Positions 1 through 10,302 of a DNA stretch of 64,000 nt are shown here, one piece after another (position 1 is the stretch's first letter; every line of letters begins with the position of its first letter). A program made the translations under genes and the position numbers. The notes below the pieces were generated by a model, which was not told the origin of the DNA, ran no database searches, and saw only the letters and a program-made list of their open reading frames with translations. Source of the stretch: a virus. The stretch covers positions 1-64,000 of IMG/VR virus record IMGVR_UViG_3300050821_011467. One strand, written 5' to 3'.

Positions 1-2
1 GG

Positions 3-263
3 CATCCGCCTGACGGGACCTCGGGGATCGGGCTGCCGCTGTTCTGCCTCGATGCCCAGGCCGAGCGATCCTACTGGCTGAGCTTAGACACGGCGGGCGC
101 GGGCGTCGACCAGGCGCCGTTTTTCTACCCCGGCGGTGTGCCGGGCGATCCGGTGCCGCCGGTCGACGTCCCGGCACCGCCGACCGGCGTCCAATTTCCG
201 CCCAACGCCGTTGCCGGGCTCGATTATGGAGCGTGGGCCGAGCACATAACGCCGGCCTCGTAA
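3..263 (+). CDS. 3' end of baseplate wedge protein (DUF2612-like), partial
   Basis: Frame 3 is open from the window edge to TAA at 261-263 (...LPLFCLD...VAGLDYGAWAEHITPAS); directly upstream of the tail fibre, the usual position in this myovirus type. Confidence 0.5.
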   Translation, partial: HPPDGTSGIGLPLFCLDAQAERSYWLSLDTAGAGVDQAPFFYPGGVPGDPVPPVDVPAPPTGVQFPPNAVAGLDYGAWAEHITPAS

Positions 264-277
264 GGGGATCATCCTGA

Positions 278-3200
278 ATGCCGACGAATGACTTTTTGCC
301 GGTAGCGATTGCGCCCGGCGCCAATGTCATGCCGCAAGCGCAGTGGGTCGCGAGCCCGATCCCGCCGACCGGGTTTACCACCGGGCTGCTGCCGTCGCCG
401 ACGCTGAACAAGGCGCACCGCCAGTCGTCGTTCGTCGCTGCGGGCATCGCCCAGATGATGATGAACACGCTGCACGTCGACGTGCTCGACGACGGCAATT
501 TTACGCAGTTTGTCAGCCGGCTGACTTCGGCGATCGCGACACTGGGCGCCACCGGCACCGGCATCTCCGAGCCACCGACCGACGCGAACATTTACGGTCG
601 CGCGGGGGGCGCGCCTGGCTCCTGGGTGGCGACGATCCGCAAGGCCGGCGACACGATGACCGGGCTCTTGGTGCTGTCCGGCCCTCCGACAGCCGCTCTC
701 GGTGCGGTTACCAAGCAGTACGCCGACGCGATCGGCACCATCGCCAACAACGCGGTGCCGCTCGCCGGCGGCACGATGAGCGGGCCGCTGATCCTGTCGG
801 GTGATCCGAGCTCGGCGTTTCAGGCGGCAACCAAGCGCTATGTCGATACCGTCATCGTCGGCGGTTCGGTTGACGCGCCAAATGACGGGTTTGCCTACGG
901 CCGGCAGACGGTCAGCTGGCAAAAGGTTGTGCCGCTGGGCGGCACCGGGGCCAACCCGATGACCGGGCCGCTGCTGCTGTCGGGTGACCCGACCGCGGCG
1001 CTAGGTGCGGCAACCAAGCAATACGTCGACCGAGTGGGTGGGGTCTCCGAAGCGCCCTCGGACGGCACCACCTATGGCCGCCAGAATGGCATTTGGGACA
1101 ACACCCCCAGTTTTCTTGGCACCAGCATCAGCGGGACCAGCCCGGGCTCGCTGATCATCAACCGCAACACCGCCGCACCGCCGCCGCTCGAGGCGGGCAT
1201 TGCCGCCCCCCTGCGGCTGATCGCTGGTGACAGCGAGACCCAGGCGGTGGTGTGGGACTCGTTTGGCGGCAGCGGCGGCATTCCCGACGCGCTGATCCTG
1301 CGTCACGCAGCAGGAACCAACGTCGCGCCGCAGCCGCTCGGTTTGGGGGCGGCGATGGGTTCGATCGCCTGGCGTGGCTACGGGGCTGCCGGGTATGGTC
1401 TGGGTGCCGCGCGGCTGACCGGGGTCACCACCGAGGATTGGACCACCGGTCCCGGCCGAGGGTCAGGGATACTGATCCAAACCACCCAACCGGGTGCCAC
1501 CGCACCGGTCTTGCAGGCGAGCTTTGGCCCCGGTCTGACGGTTGGCAACCCGACGCAGCCGATCGGCGGGATGCAAATCGGCGACCTCAACGTCCAGCGT
1601 CTGCTGGTCCAAGGACAGGTGCCGACCGGGAGCACCACACCCGGCACCGGCGGCATCCCCGAGGCGCCCTCGGACGGCACCAGCTACAGTCGGCAGAGCG
1701 GTGCGTGGACCAACATCCCGCATTTGCTGGGTGCCATCATCACCGGCACCGCACCCGGCACCCTGACGATCAACCGCAACACGGTCCTGCCCGCACCTCC
1801 GGCCTTTACCACACCCTCGCTGCGGGTGATTGCCGGGGACGGCGAATCCAGTGCGGTCGTGCTCGACGGGTTCGCGAACGTGCTCGCGTTTATGATGCGT
1901 AGCGCACGGGGGACCGCTACAGCTCCGGCGGCGCTGCAGACCGGCGATCAGATGGGCAACTACGCCTGGCGCGGCTACGGCACCACCGGGTGGGGGTCGA
2001 CCGGTGTCGCGCGGATCAGCGCGACCGCGGCCGAGAATTGGACCGACGCGGCACAGGGCACCCAGATCCAGTTGTGGACAACGCCAATCGGCGGCGGCGC
2101 GGGCGGCACCACGCCTGTTGTCACCGCACTGCTGGGGCCGGGTCTGACGGTTGGCAATGCGACCGCACCCATAGGCGGCAACCTGCCGGGCGACATCAAC
2201 GCGATGCGCGTCTTGCAGAACGGCAATCCGGTTACCGGCATCGCCGACGCCTTCGCGGACAGCACCAGCTATGCCCGGCAGAACAACCTTTGGACCAACA
2301 CACCGACATTCCGCGGCACCACGATCAGCGGCACCTCGCCGGGTAGCCTGATCATCAATCGCGGCGCCACCTTGCCGACCCCTCCGGCAGGCGTGGTCAC
2401 ACCGTTCTGGGTGGTTTCCGGCACCGGCGAGCCAACCGCTTATGTGCTCGATACATTTGCCGGGTTTGGCGCGCTGTTGTTCCGCCGCGCCAACACCAGT
2501 GCCACCGCGCCGAGCCACATCAGTCTCGGCGATCAGCTGGGCAACATCGCCTGGCGCGGCTATAGCCCGAGCGGCTACACCAATGCGGTTGCCCGGTTTC
2601 AATGTTACGCGCTTGAAGACTGGACCGACCAGGCGCAAGGCGTGTCGGTGCAATTGCAAACCACCTCACTAGGTGGCGCGAATATCCAAACTCAGGCGAC
2701 CTTTGGTCCGGGGCTGACGATTGGCGGCCCCGTCGCGCCGACGACGGCGATGCAGACCGGCGACCTCAACGCCAATCGGATCTACGTCAACGGCGTTCCT
2801 GTGGCCACGGCCACCGGCGGCGCGTTTTTGCCGCTCGCCGGCGGGACGATCTCCGGCACGACCCCGGGCAGCCTGACAATCCAGCGGGCGGCAACGCTGC
2901 CCGCGGGAGCCGCCAGCGCCAACCCGGTGCTATGGGCGGTTGGCGCCATCAACGAAGTTCCCACGGCGCTGATCGACGGCATCGGCGGGCAGGCGATACT
3001 CATGTTGCGCCGCGCCAACGGCAGCGGCACCACCCCGATCGCCCTCGGCGATATCCTGGGCCAAGTGGCCGTGCGGGGCTATGGCACGACCGGATATCAC
3101 ACTCTCGGCAACGCCCGGCTGCAGTTTACCGCGCTCGAACCCTTCACCGATCAGGCGCAGGGCACCAAGATCGAAGTGCTGACCACCCCGCTGACCTCGG

Positions 3201-6200
3201 CAATTCCTGCGCTGCAGGCGACGTTTGGCCCCGGTCTGACGGTGGGCTCGCCGTCGCAGACGCAACCGAGCCCGACGATCGGCGACATCAACGCGCAACG
3301 CATTTTTATCAACGGTCAACCGGTCGCCGCGGGGAGCGGCATTCTCGACGCGACGAGCGACAGCACCAGCTACTCCCGGCAAAACAATAATTGGGTAAAC
3401 AACCTAACGCTGCGCGGTCTGACGGTAATCGGCACGGCGCCTGGCGCGGCCGTCGTCAACCGCGGCACAGCAATGCCACCCGTGCCGGCACTCGCCGTCC
3501 CGACCTTCTGGGGGGTTGGCGCCCCAGGCGAGGGCAATAGCTTTGTTCTCGATGCGGTGGCTGATTTTGGCGCGATGATCCTGCGCCGCGCCAATGGAAC
3601 CGTCGGCTCACCGCTCCCGATCATTTACGGTGATCAGCTGGGCAACCTGGCTTGGCGCGGTCATGACACGACCGACTATACGACCGCGACCGCCCGATTT
3701 CAGTGTTTTGCCCTTGAGAGCTGGACCGACAGCGCATGGGGATCTGCGATCCAATTGCAGACGACCCCGCCGGGACAGAACACCATCACGACGCAGGCAA
3801 CGTTTGGGCCCGGGTTGACGGTCGGAGTTCCGACCCCGCCGCCTGGCGGGATGCTGATCGGTGACGTCAACGCGCAGCGGGTGCTCGTCAACGGGTTACC
3901 GATCACCGCAACCGGCGGTGGCAGCGGCACCCCGGGCGGCTCGCCCGCTCAGGTGCAGTACAACACCGGGACCGGGTTTGGCGGGTCAAGCGGCGCCACG
4001 TTTAACGGCTCGGCATTGACCTCGATGAACATCGCGCTCAGTGGTGACGGCGCAGGCGATATGTACTATCGGGCAGCCAGCGGGGCACTGACCAAACTGA
4101 CTCTCGGGACGGCTGGGCAGATCCTTGGGGTTACCGGGAGCGCGCCTGCGTGGCAAACCGTCTCAACCGGCAGCGGCACGGTCCAACCGGGAACCGCAGC
4201 GCAGCTCGCCCAATATCCGGGGCCGACTTCGAGCTCGGTAGTTGCTGGCGTCACGGTTAGCGGCGACGCGACGATCGCGGCCGGCGGCGTGCTGTCGCTC
4301 ACCAACGCAGTGACAGCCGCGACCGTCCAGGGGATTTCCTTTAACGCCCGCGGGCTGATCACCGGTGCAGCCAACCAGAATTACGTAACCGCGGGCGCGG
4401 TGGCCGCGAGCTACCTGCCGCAGGCAGGAGGCACGATCAGCGGGATCTCGCCGGGTCAATTGATCATCAACCGCAATACGACTTTGCCGCCGGTGCCAAG
4501 CGGTACGGTCACCCCGTTTTGGGTGGTCTCGGGAAATGGCGAAACCGCCGCTTATGTGCTGGACACGTTCGCTAATTTTGGGTCGTTGATCTTTCGTCGG
4601 GCTAATGGCACGCCGTCCACCCTCCTGACACAGATCAACAGCGGCGATCAGCTCGGCAACCTTGCATGGCGCGGCTATGACGGGAGTGCCGGCTTTAGCC
4701 CTACCGGCAACGCGCGCTTTCAGTGCATTGCAACCCAAGACTGGATTGACGCCAATCATCGCGGCACGGCGGTGTCGGTGTGGACGACTCCGACCGACAG
4801 CGGGGCGATAGCGCAGCAGGCCGTCTTTAGCGGTACCGGTCTGGTCGTCGGCAACCCGTCGCCGCCATCGGGCGGCGCCGTATTCGGCGACATCAACGCA
4901 AACCGCATCATGGTGAATGGGGCCGTCGTCGGCACGGGCAGCTTTCCCGAGGCGACCAGCGATGGCACCAGCTATTCCCGGCAAAATGCTGGCTGGACCA
5001 ACACGCCGAACGTTCGCGGCATGGTCGTCAGCACCCCGACCTCATTTGCAACTGCCGCCGTATCCGGCTCGCTGATCATCAACCGCAACACCGCAGCCCC
5101 GCCAGCAATCGAGGGAAGCATTGTGGCGCCCTTGCGGTTGGTTGCCGGCGATCTCGAAACCCAGGTGGTGATGTGGGACTCGTTTGGCGCCAGCGGCGGC
5201 ATTCCCGACGCGCTGATTATGCGCCATGCGAACAACACCAACGCCTCGCCCGCGCCGCTCAACCAGAACGATGCGATGGGCGCGGTTGCCTGGCGTGGAT
5301 ATGGGCAGAGCGGCTACGGTCTTGGGTCAGCGCGGGTGATGGCTGTGGCATCCGAGGCCTGGACCGGCAGCGGGCGCGGTTCGGCGGTGCAGATCTGGGC
5401 CACCCAGGCGGGCGGCCCCACCACCCCGACCCTCCAAGCGACCTATGGCCCGGCAGGGCTTACGGTGGGCAGCCCGACGGGCACGCAGCCAACTCCGGCC
5501 GTCGGCGACATCAACTGCCGTCGCATCTTTATCGACGGCAACCCGTTTACCGGCGGGAGCACCACGCCTGGCGGCTCGACCGGGAATGTCCAATACAACA
5601 CTGGAATCACTTTTGGCGGTTCGACCGGCGCCATCTTCAGCTCGACGCAATTGACCTCGCTGGCGGTCGGAATTGGTGCCGGCAGCGACCAGACCGGCGA
5701 CCTCTACTATCGCAACGCGAGCGGACTTCTGGCACGCCTACCTCTGGGGAATCCGGGTTATCTGCTGCAGGTCTCTGGCGGTCTGCCCTCCTGGCAACCC
5801 GTGGCGACCGGCGGTGGCACGGTCAATTCAGGCACGCAAGGGCAGATAGCCCAATACACCGGACCACTCACGACCTCGGCGGTTGCCGGTGTGACGGTGA
5901 CCGGCGCCATATCGATCGCCAATGGCGGGGCGACGTCGCTCAATTCGGGCGTTGTCGGCTACGGGAACATAGTAGCCGTCTCGGGCGCGCGGCTGCTCGG
6001 CAGCCCGACCGGCGGCACGGTCAGCGAGATTTCGTTAGGAGCGAGTCTCCAGTTTGTCGGTTCCACGCTCAATGTCACCGGCGGTCCATATATCCCGACC
6101 GCGGGTGGGACGATCAGCGGGACGACGCCCGGCACCCTGACGATCAATCGCGCCCCCTCATTGCCGACCGCACCTACCGGCATCACCGCGGTCCCGTTGT

Positions 6201-8572
6201 GGGTTGTCGGCAATAACGGCGAAAACACGGCGATCCTCAATGATGCGATTGGCATCGGGATGTCGTTTCTGCTGCGCCGCGCCAATGGCACCCTGCCCTC
6301 CTCGCTGTCCGGGATCATCCAGAACGATCTGATCGGCAACCTCGCCTGGCGCGGCTATGACACCAGCCCCGGCTACACCACGGCGGTGGCGCGGATCGGC
6401 GCGGTGGCGCTGCAAAATTTTGGCCCCGGCGCGTGGGGCACGCAGCTGACATTTTCTGCCATCCCGTTTAACTCGGCGACGCTGCCAACGTCGATTGCGA
6501 CGATGGGCCCGGGGTTGACGGTCGGCTCGGGAGTTAATCTGCCGCCCGCTCCTGTGGGCGGGGATCAGCCGGGCGACGTCAACTGCTGGCGGTTGCTGGT
6601 CCAAGGGCAGGTGCCGGCAACGGGCAGCGGGTCACCCCCGGGCGGTGCGGCCAACCAGGTTCAGTATTACCTCAGTTCAACCACGTTTGGCGGGTCGACC
6701 GGCGCCACCTTTAGCAGCTCGTCGCTGACTTCGCTTAATATAGCAATCGCCGCCGGCGCGGACGCCACCGGCGATATTTGGTATCGCGCGGCCTCGGGCG
6801 CGCTGACGCGCGTGCCATCCGGTAGCAACGGCAATCTGCTGCAGCTCGTTAGCGGATTGCCCTCCTGGCAGCCCGTTTCAACCGGTGGCGGCCAGGTCAA
6901 TACTGGCACCGGGCCTCAGATCGCCCAGTATTCGTCGGGCATAAGTCAGACAGTTGCCGGGGCCACGATGAGCGGCGACGTGACGATCGCGCAAGGCGGG
7001 GTCACGTCGATCGGTGCGAACCGGGTGCTCACCGCGATGATCAACAACAACGCCGTCAGCTACGCCAAGATGCAAACCACCGTATCGGCGGCGGTCTTGC
7101 TCGGCAATCCGGGGGTGGCGGGAACTCTGAGCGAAATCCCGCTCGGCGCCGGGCTCAACTTTTCCGGCGGCGCGCTGGTTGCCACGGTGACGTCGACCGG
7201 TGTTTCGGGCATGACTTCGGGGCAGATCCCGATCGCAGCTTCGGGCACGACGATCACCTCGAGCGCGAACCTCAGTGGCGATGTGGTCAGCACCGCGACA
7301 ACGCTGGCGACGCTCATTCAGCCCTTGGTCGTGACGACCGGCAAGATCGCCAACCTCGCCGTCACCTACGCGAAGATGCAAAATGTCGCGCTGGCCAGCC
7401 GACTGCTGGGCAACCCGACGGTGACGGCGAACTCGGCCATAACCGAGATCCCGCTGGGCAACAACCTTACGTTCTCGGGCGGCACCACACTCGCCGTGAC
7501 CCCGGCGGGCAGCGCGGGCCAGGTGCAGTTTAACAACGCCGGGACGGCTTTGGGCGGCTGCACGGGCGCGATCTTTAGCACCTCGCAGCTGACCCAGCTC
7601 GCGGTCGGGGTGGGCGCCGGCGCCGACGCCACCGGCGATGTCTGGTTCCGCAACGCCAGCGGCAACATGACCCGTCTCGCGATCGGGACCGCGACCCAGG
7701 TGCTAACCGTATCCGGCGGCTTGCTGCCAAGTTGGGCGGCGCCAACCGGCGGCGGCGGTCTGCCGCTCACCGGCGGCACGATCACCGGCACCGCACCGGG
7801 CAATGTCATCGTCCAGCGGGCCGGCTCGCTGCCGGGTGTGCCGAACCTTGCGACACCGACGTTTTGGGCGGTCGGCAACACGGCCGAGACCCCGACCGTG
7901 GTGATTGATGCGATTGCCGGTGTTCCGGGCATGATCCTGCGCCGCGCCAATGTGACGGGCGCCGGGCCGATCCAAAATAACGATGTGATCGGCAACATCG
8001 GATTTCGCGGATTTGGGGGGTCACAGTATGCCCTCGTCGGCAACGCGCGCATCCTGGTTACCGCGATCCAGACATTTGACGATAGCAATCAGGGCACCAA
8101 GCTCGACATCGTGACCACGCCGCTGAACTCGGCGACACCCCAAGTGCAGGCGACCTTTGACCGCGGTCTGACGGTCGGCCCGACGACACCCGTGCAAGCC
8201 ACTCCGACGGCGGGCGATCTGAACTGTATGCGACTCCTCGTGAACGGATTCGCGATCACTCCGGCCGGGGCCGACACAATAAGCGCTAGCGTTACCGCGG
8301 CGACCGGCGGCCAAGGCACCGTGCCATTGACCAGTCAATTTAATGTCATAACGACCTGCCCCCTCAATGGAGTGGTGACCCTTCGAGCGATCCCGCCGGG
8401 GGATCATTGCATCGTGCGCAACAGCGGCGCTAACCCGCTCGGGATCTATCCATCAAGTGGTGTGCAGATCAACAACCAAGCGGTTAATGCGATACTCGTC
8501 AACACCGTCCTGCCCAACTCGACGATTTACTTCGAGGGGCTAAATTCAACCCAATGTTTCAGCATACCATGA
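278..8572 (+). CDS. Giant tail fibre / receptor-binding protein (2764 aa) with internal repeats
   Basis: N-terminus MPTNDFLP...GANV...GF.TG...LNKAHRQSS...DVLDDG is typical of baseplate-attached myovirus fibres; AATKQY.D and APSDG..YGRQ fibre motifs; nine ~200-aa modules containing W/V/F-RG-Y/H/F. Confidence 0.85.
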   Translation: MPTNDFLPVAIAPGANVMPQAQWVASPIPPTGFTTGLLPSPTLNKAHRQSSFVAAGIAQMMMNTLHVDVLDDGNFTQFVSRLTSAIATLGATGTGISEPPTDANIYGRAGGAPGSWVATIRKAGDTMTGLLVLSGPPTAALGAVTKQYADAIGTIANNAVPLAGGTMSGPLILSGDPSSAFQAATKRYVDTVIVGGSVDAPNDGFAYGRQTVSWQKVVPLGGTGANPMTGPLLLSGDPTAALGAATKQYVDRVGGVSEAPSDGTTYGRQNGIWDNTPSFLGTSISGTSPGSLIINRNTAAPPPLEAGIAAPLRLIAGDSETQAVVWDSFGGSGGIPDALILRHAAGTNVAPQPLGLGAAMGSIAWRGYGAAGYGLGAARLTGVTTEDWTTGPGRGSGILIQTTQPGATAPVLQASFGPGLTVGNPTQPIGGMQIGDLNVQRLLVQGQVPTGSTTPGTGGIPEAPSDGTSYSRQSGAWTNIPHLLGAIITGTAPGTLTINRNTVLPAPPAFTTPSLRVIAGDGESSAVVLDGFANVLAFMMRSARGTATAPAALQTGDQMGNYAWRGYGTTGWGSTGVARISATAAENWTDAAQGTQIQLWTTPIGGGAGGTTPVVTALLGPGLTVGNATAPIGGNLPGDINAMRVLQNGNPVTGIADAFADSTSYARQNNLWTNTPTFRGTTISGTSPGSLIINRGATLPTPPAGVVTPFWVVSGTGEPTAYVLDTFAGFGALLFRRANTSATAPSHISLGDQLGNIAWRGYSPSGYTNAVARFQCYALEDWTDQAQGVSVQLQTTSLGGANIQTQATFGPGLTIGGPVAPTTAMQTGDLNANRIYVNGVPVATATGGAFLPLAGGTISGTTPGSLTIQRAATLPAGAASANPVLWAVGAINEVPTALIDGIGGQAILMLRRANGSGTTPIALGDILGQVAVRGYGTTGYHTLGNARLQFTALEPFTDQAQGTKIEVLTTPLTSAIPALQATFGPGLTVGSPSQTQPSPTIGDINAQRIFINGQPVAAGSGILDATSDSTSYSRQNNNWVNNLTLRGLTVIGTAPGAAVVNRGTAMPPVPALAVPTFWGVGAPGEGNSFVLDAVADFGAMILRRANGTVGSPLPIIYGDQLGNLAWRGHDTTDYTTATARFQCFALESWTDSAWGSAIQLQTTPPGQNTITTQATFGPGLTVGVPTPPPGGMLIGDVNAQRVLVNGLPITATGGGSGTPGGSPAQVQYNTGTGFGGSSGATFNGSALTSMNIALSGDGAGDMYYRAASGALTKLTLGTAGQILGVTGSAPAWQTVSTGSGTVQPGTAAQLAQYPGPTSSSVVAGVTVSGDATIAAGGVLSLTNAVTAATVQGISFNARGLITGAANQNYVTAGAVAASYLPQAGGTISGISPGQLIINRNTTLPPVPSGTVTPFWVVSGNGETAAYVLDTFANFGSLIFRRANGTPSTLLTQINSGDQLGNLAWRGYDGSAGFSPTGNARFQCIATQDWIDANHRGTAVSVWTTPTDSGAIAQQAVFSGTGLVVGNPSPPSGGAVFGDINANRIMVNGAVVGTGSFPEATSDGTSYSRQNAGWTNTPNVRGMVVSTPTSFATAAVSGSLIINRNTAAPPAIEGSIVAPLRLVAGDLETQVVMWDSFGASGGIPDALIMRHANNTNASPAPLNQNDAMGAVAWRGYGQSGYGLGSARVMAVASEAWTGSGRGSAVQIWATQAGGPTTPTLQATYGPAGLTVGSPTGTQPTPAVGDINCRRIFIDGNPFTGGSTTPGGSTGNVQYNTGITFGGSTGAIFSSTQLTSLAVGIGAGSDQTGDLYYRNASGLLARLPLGNPGYLLQVSGGLPSWQPVATGGGTVNSGTQGQIAQYTGPLTTSAVAGVTVTGAISIANGGATSLNSGVVGYGNIVAVSGARLLGSPTGGTVSEISLGASLQFVGSTLNVTGGPYIPTAGGTISGTTPGTLTINRAPSLPTAPTGITAVPLWVVGNNGENTAILNDAIGIGMSFLLRRANGTLPSSLSGIIQNDLIGNLAWRGYDTSPGYTTAVARIGAVALQNFGPGAWGTQLTFSAIPFNSATLPTSIATMGPGLTVGSGVNLPPAPVGGDQPGDVNCWRLLVQGQVPATGSGSPPGGAANQVQYYLSSTTFGGSTGATFSSSSLTSLNIAIAAGADATGDIWYRAASGALTRVPSGSNGNLLQLVSGLPSWQPVSTGGGQVNTGTGPQIAQYSSGISQTVAGATMSGDVTIAQGGVTSIGANRVLTAMINNNAVSYAKMQTTVSAAVLLGNPGVAGTLSEIPLGAGLNFSGGALVATVTSTGVSGMTSGQIPIAASGTTITSSANLSGDVVSTATTLATLIQPLVVTTGKIANLAVTYAKMQNVALASRLLGNPTVTANSAITEIPLGNNLTFSGGTTLAVTPAGSAGQVQFNNAGTALGGCTGAIFSTSQLTQLAVGVGAGADATGDVWFRNASGNMTRLAIGTATQVLTVSGGLLPSWAAPTGGGGLPLTGGTITGTAPGNVIVQRAGSLPGVPNLATPTFWAVGNTAETPTVVIDAIAGVPGMILRRANVTGAGPIQNNDVIGNIGFRGFGGSQYALVGNARILVTAIQTFDDSNQGTKLDIVTTPLNSATPQVQATFDRGLTVGPTTPVQATPTAGDLNCMRLLVNGFAITPAGADTISASVTAATGGQGTVPLTSQFNVITTCPLNGVVTLRAIPPGDHCIVRNSGANPLGIYPSSGVQINNQAVNAILVNTVLPNSTIYFEGLNSTQCFSIP

Positions 8573-10302
8573 AACGCGCTCTTCTGGTTGCATGCTTCTG
8601 CCTGCCATGGGCGGTCGTGTGCTACGCGCAAGGGCTGCGCCCGGATCAGATCTCGCCGGGCACGCCCGATCTTACCTGGCAGCAGGTCGGCAGCGGCTAT
8701 CAGATCGGCTCGACGATCCCATGGCGCACCGAAACAGGTGCCACACTGACGACACCGTTGAGCGCGGCCGACAATGCCAAGATCGTCGAGCTGACATTTA
8801 ACGGAGCGATCTCCACGACGCTGCCCGCCGCGACTTCCGGCAATAACTTGGGCGATGGCGCCGGGTTCGCTCTCCAGGTCGGCCCCGGCACGCTAACCCT
8901 CAGTGCCGCCGCCGGGACGCTCAATGGCGGGGGCTCGCTGACCGTCGGCCCCTACCAGATGGTCTCGCTGGTTTCGAAAAATAGCAAGTGGTACGCCGAT
9001 TTGAGCGTGTCCGCGCCGGGGGTCACTGGCGGTGCGCCGACTATATCCGGGGTTACGCTCTCGAACGGCCTTAATTTTACTACTCCGGCGGCGGCCAACT
9101 CCACGATCGACACACTGACTGCCACCTGTTCGGCGGGAAGTTGCGCCGGGGCGACATTTGGACCATTGGCGACCACGGGGGCTTGCTCGGGTGCGACGAG
9201 CAACGGCAGCTTTGCCATTTCCGGCAGCAATCTCAACATTGGCGGCACCACGATCAGCACTGCCGGCAACTACCCGATCGGCATTCCGGTCACCCTGGCC
9301 GGGGCGACCAACACGGGAACCTGCTATCCCCAGACGTTGGTAGGCGCCGCCAGCGGCGGGGCACCTACCGGGAGCTGCACGGAATCCACGGCGTTCTTTG
9401 CCAGAGTCTGGGCGTTGCCGGCGACACTCGATGGGCCGATACCGATTAGCGGTACCGCAGGCCCGACCAATCACCTCAAAGCTTACGATGACCTGATCTG
9501 CAATCTGAATGGGTCACACGACAACGTTCTGCCGTTCATGGATGCGCTGTGGGTTCCGGCGACCGATGATGCGACCCATACGCTCGCAACCGCGCAGAAG
9601 ATTGCCAATCTCAATCTCAAGAGCAGCAGCTTCACGCTGATCCCTGTTGGCTCCCCAACGTTTGTCGCCAACACCGGATACGTGTCGAACACGACCTCCA
9701 CTCCTCCCACGGAAGGCACGACCGGAATCTATCTCAATACTCAATTCACCCCATCCGCCGGGGGCACCCAATATGTGTTAGGCGGCGCGCTGATCCATGC
9801 CTGGACATTCAGGAGTTGGCACTCAGGGACTCAGTATGAGATTATGGGGGCGGATGACGCCACACAGACTGCTGGAATACTTCCGTGGTCCGCCGGGACC
9901 ACAACCAATTTCCAGGGGAATCTCAGCGATGCCGCGCCTGGCGGAAGCGTCTCCAGTACTGTTAGCGATTCTACTGGCTCATCCGTTGTTGTGCGTCTCT
10001 CAAGCGTCAACACCCCTGGAAGTCTCGTGCTGTATCGCAATGGTGCGGCGCTGAGCTCCACCAACGGAAGCAGCGCCGTGGGATTGGTGACTATTCCGCT
10101 AGACTTGGGTGGAGAGAACTACCACGGCACGCATTATGCGTCGCCCTGGCCGGTGGCGGCGGGCGGGTTTGGCGGGAATTTGACGGCGCCGTTTGTCAGT
10201 AGTCTCCTCACCACTCCGGTAACCAGCGCCAATGCCGCGACGGGGACTGGCCTGGTGCCGCGGATATGCGTGTTTCTGACGGCGGTGCACGGCTCATGCT
10301 AA
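8569..10302 (+). CDS. Ser/Thr/Gly-rich tail-associated or secreted protein with signal-peptide-like N-terminus and lectin/LamG-like C-terminal half
   Basis: ATGA overlap with the fibre stop; MKRALLVACFCLPWAVVCYA-QG leader; paired Cys; fold is an inference. Confidence 0.6.
   Translation: MKRALLVACFCLPWAVVCYAQGLRPDQISPGTPDLTWQQVGSGYQIGSTIPWRTETGATLTTPLSAADNAKIVELTFNGAISTTLPAATSGNNLGDGAGFALQVGPGTLTLSAAAGTLNGGGSLTVGPYQMVSLVSKNSKWYADLSVSAPGVTGGAPTISGVTLSNGLNFTTPAAANSTIDTLTATCSAGSCAGATFGPLATTGACSGATSNGSFAISGSNLNIGGTTISTAGNYPIGIPVTLAGATNTGTCYPQTLVGAASGGAPTGSCTESTAFFARVWALPATLDGPIPISGTAGPTNHLKAYDDLICNLNGSHDNVLPFMDALWVPATDDATHTLATAQKIANLNLKSSSFTLIPVGSPTFVANTGYVSNTTSTPPTEGTTGIYLNTQFTPSAGGTQYVLGGALIHAWTFRSWHSGTQYEIMGADDATQTAGILPWSAGTTTNFQGNLSDAAPGGSVSSTVSDSTGSSVVVRLSSVNTPGSLVLYRNGAALSSTNGSSAVGLVTIPLDLGGENYHGTHYASPWPVAAGGFGGNLTAPFVSSLLTTPVTSANAATGTGLVPRICVFLTAVHGSC

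Noticed and set aside
269-8407. Many overlapping and antisense ORFs inside the tail fibre and other long genes
   Set aside because: Shadow ORFs expected in high-GC coding DNA; Arg/Pro-rich and without motifs
278-8572. Diversity-generating retroelement acting on the tail fibre
   Set aside because: No reverse transcriptase in the window, and the repeats I compared do not differ specifically at adenines
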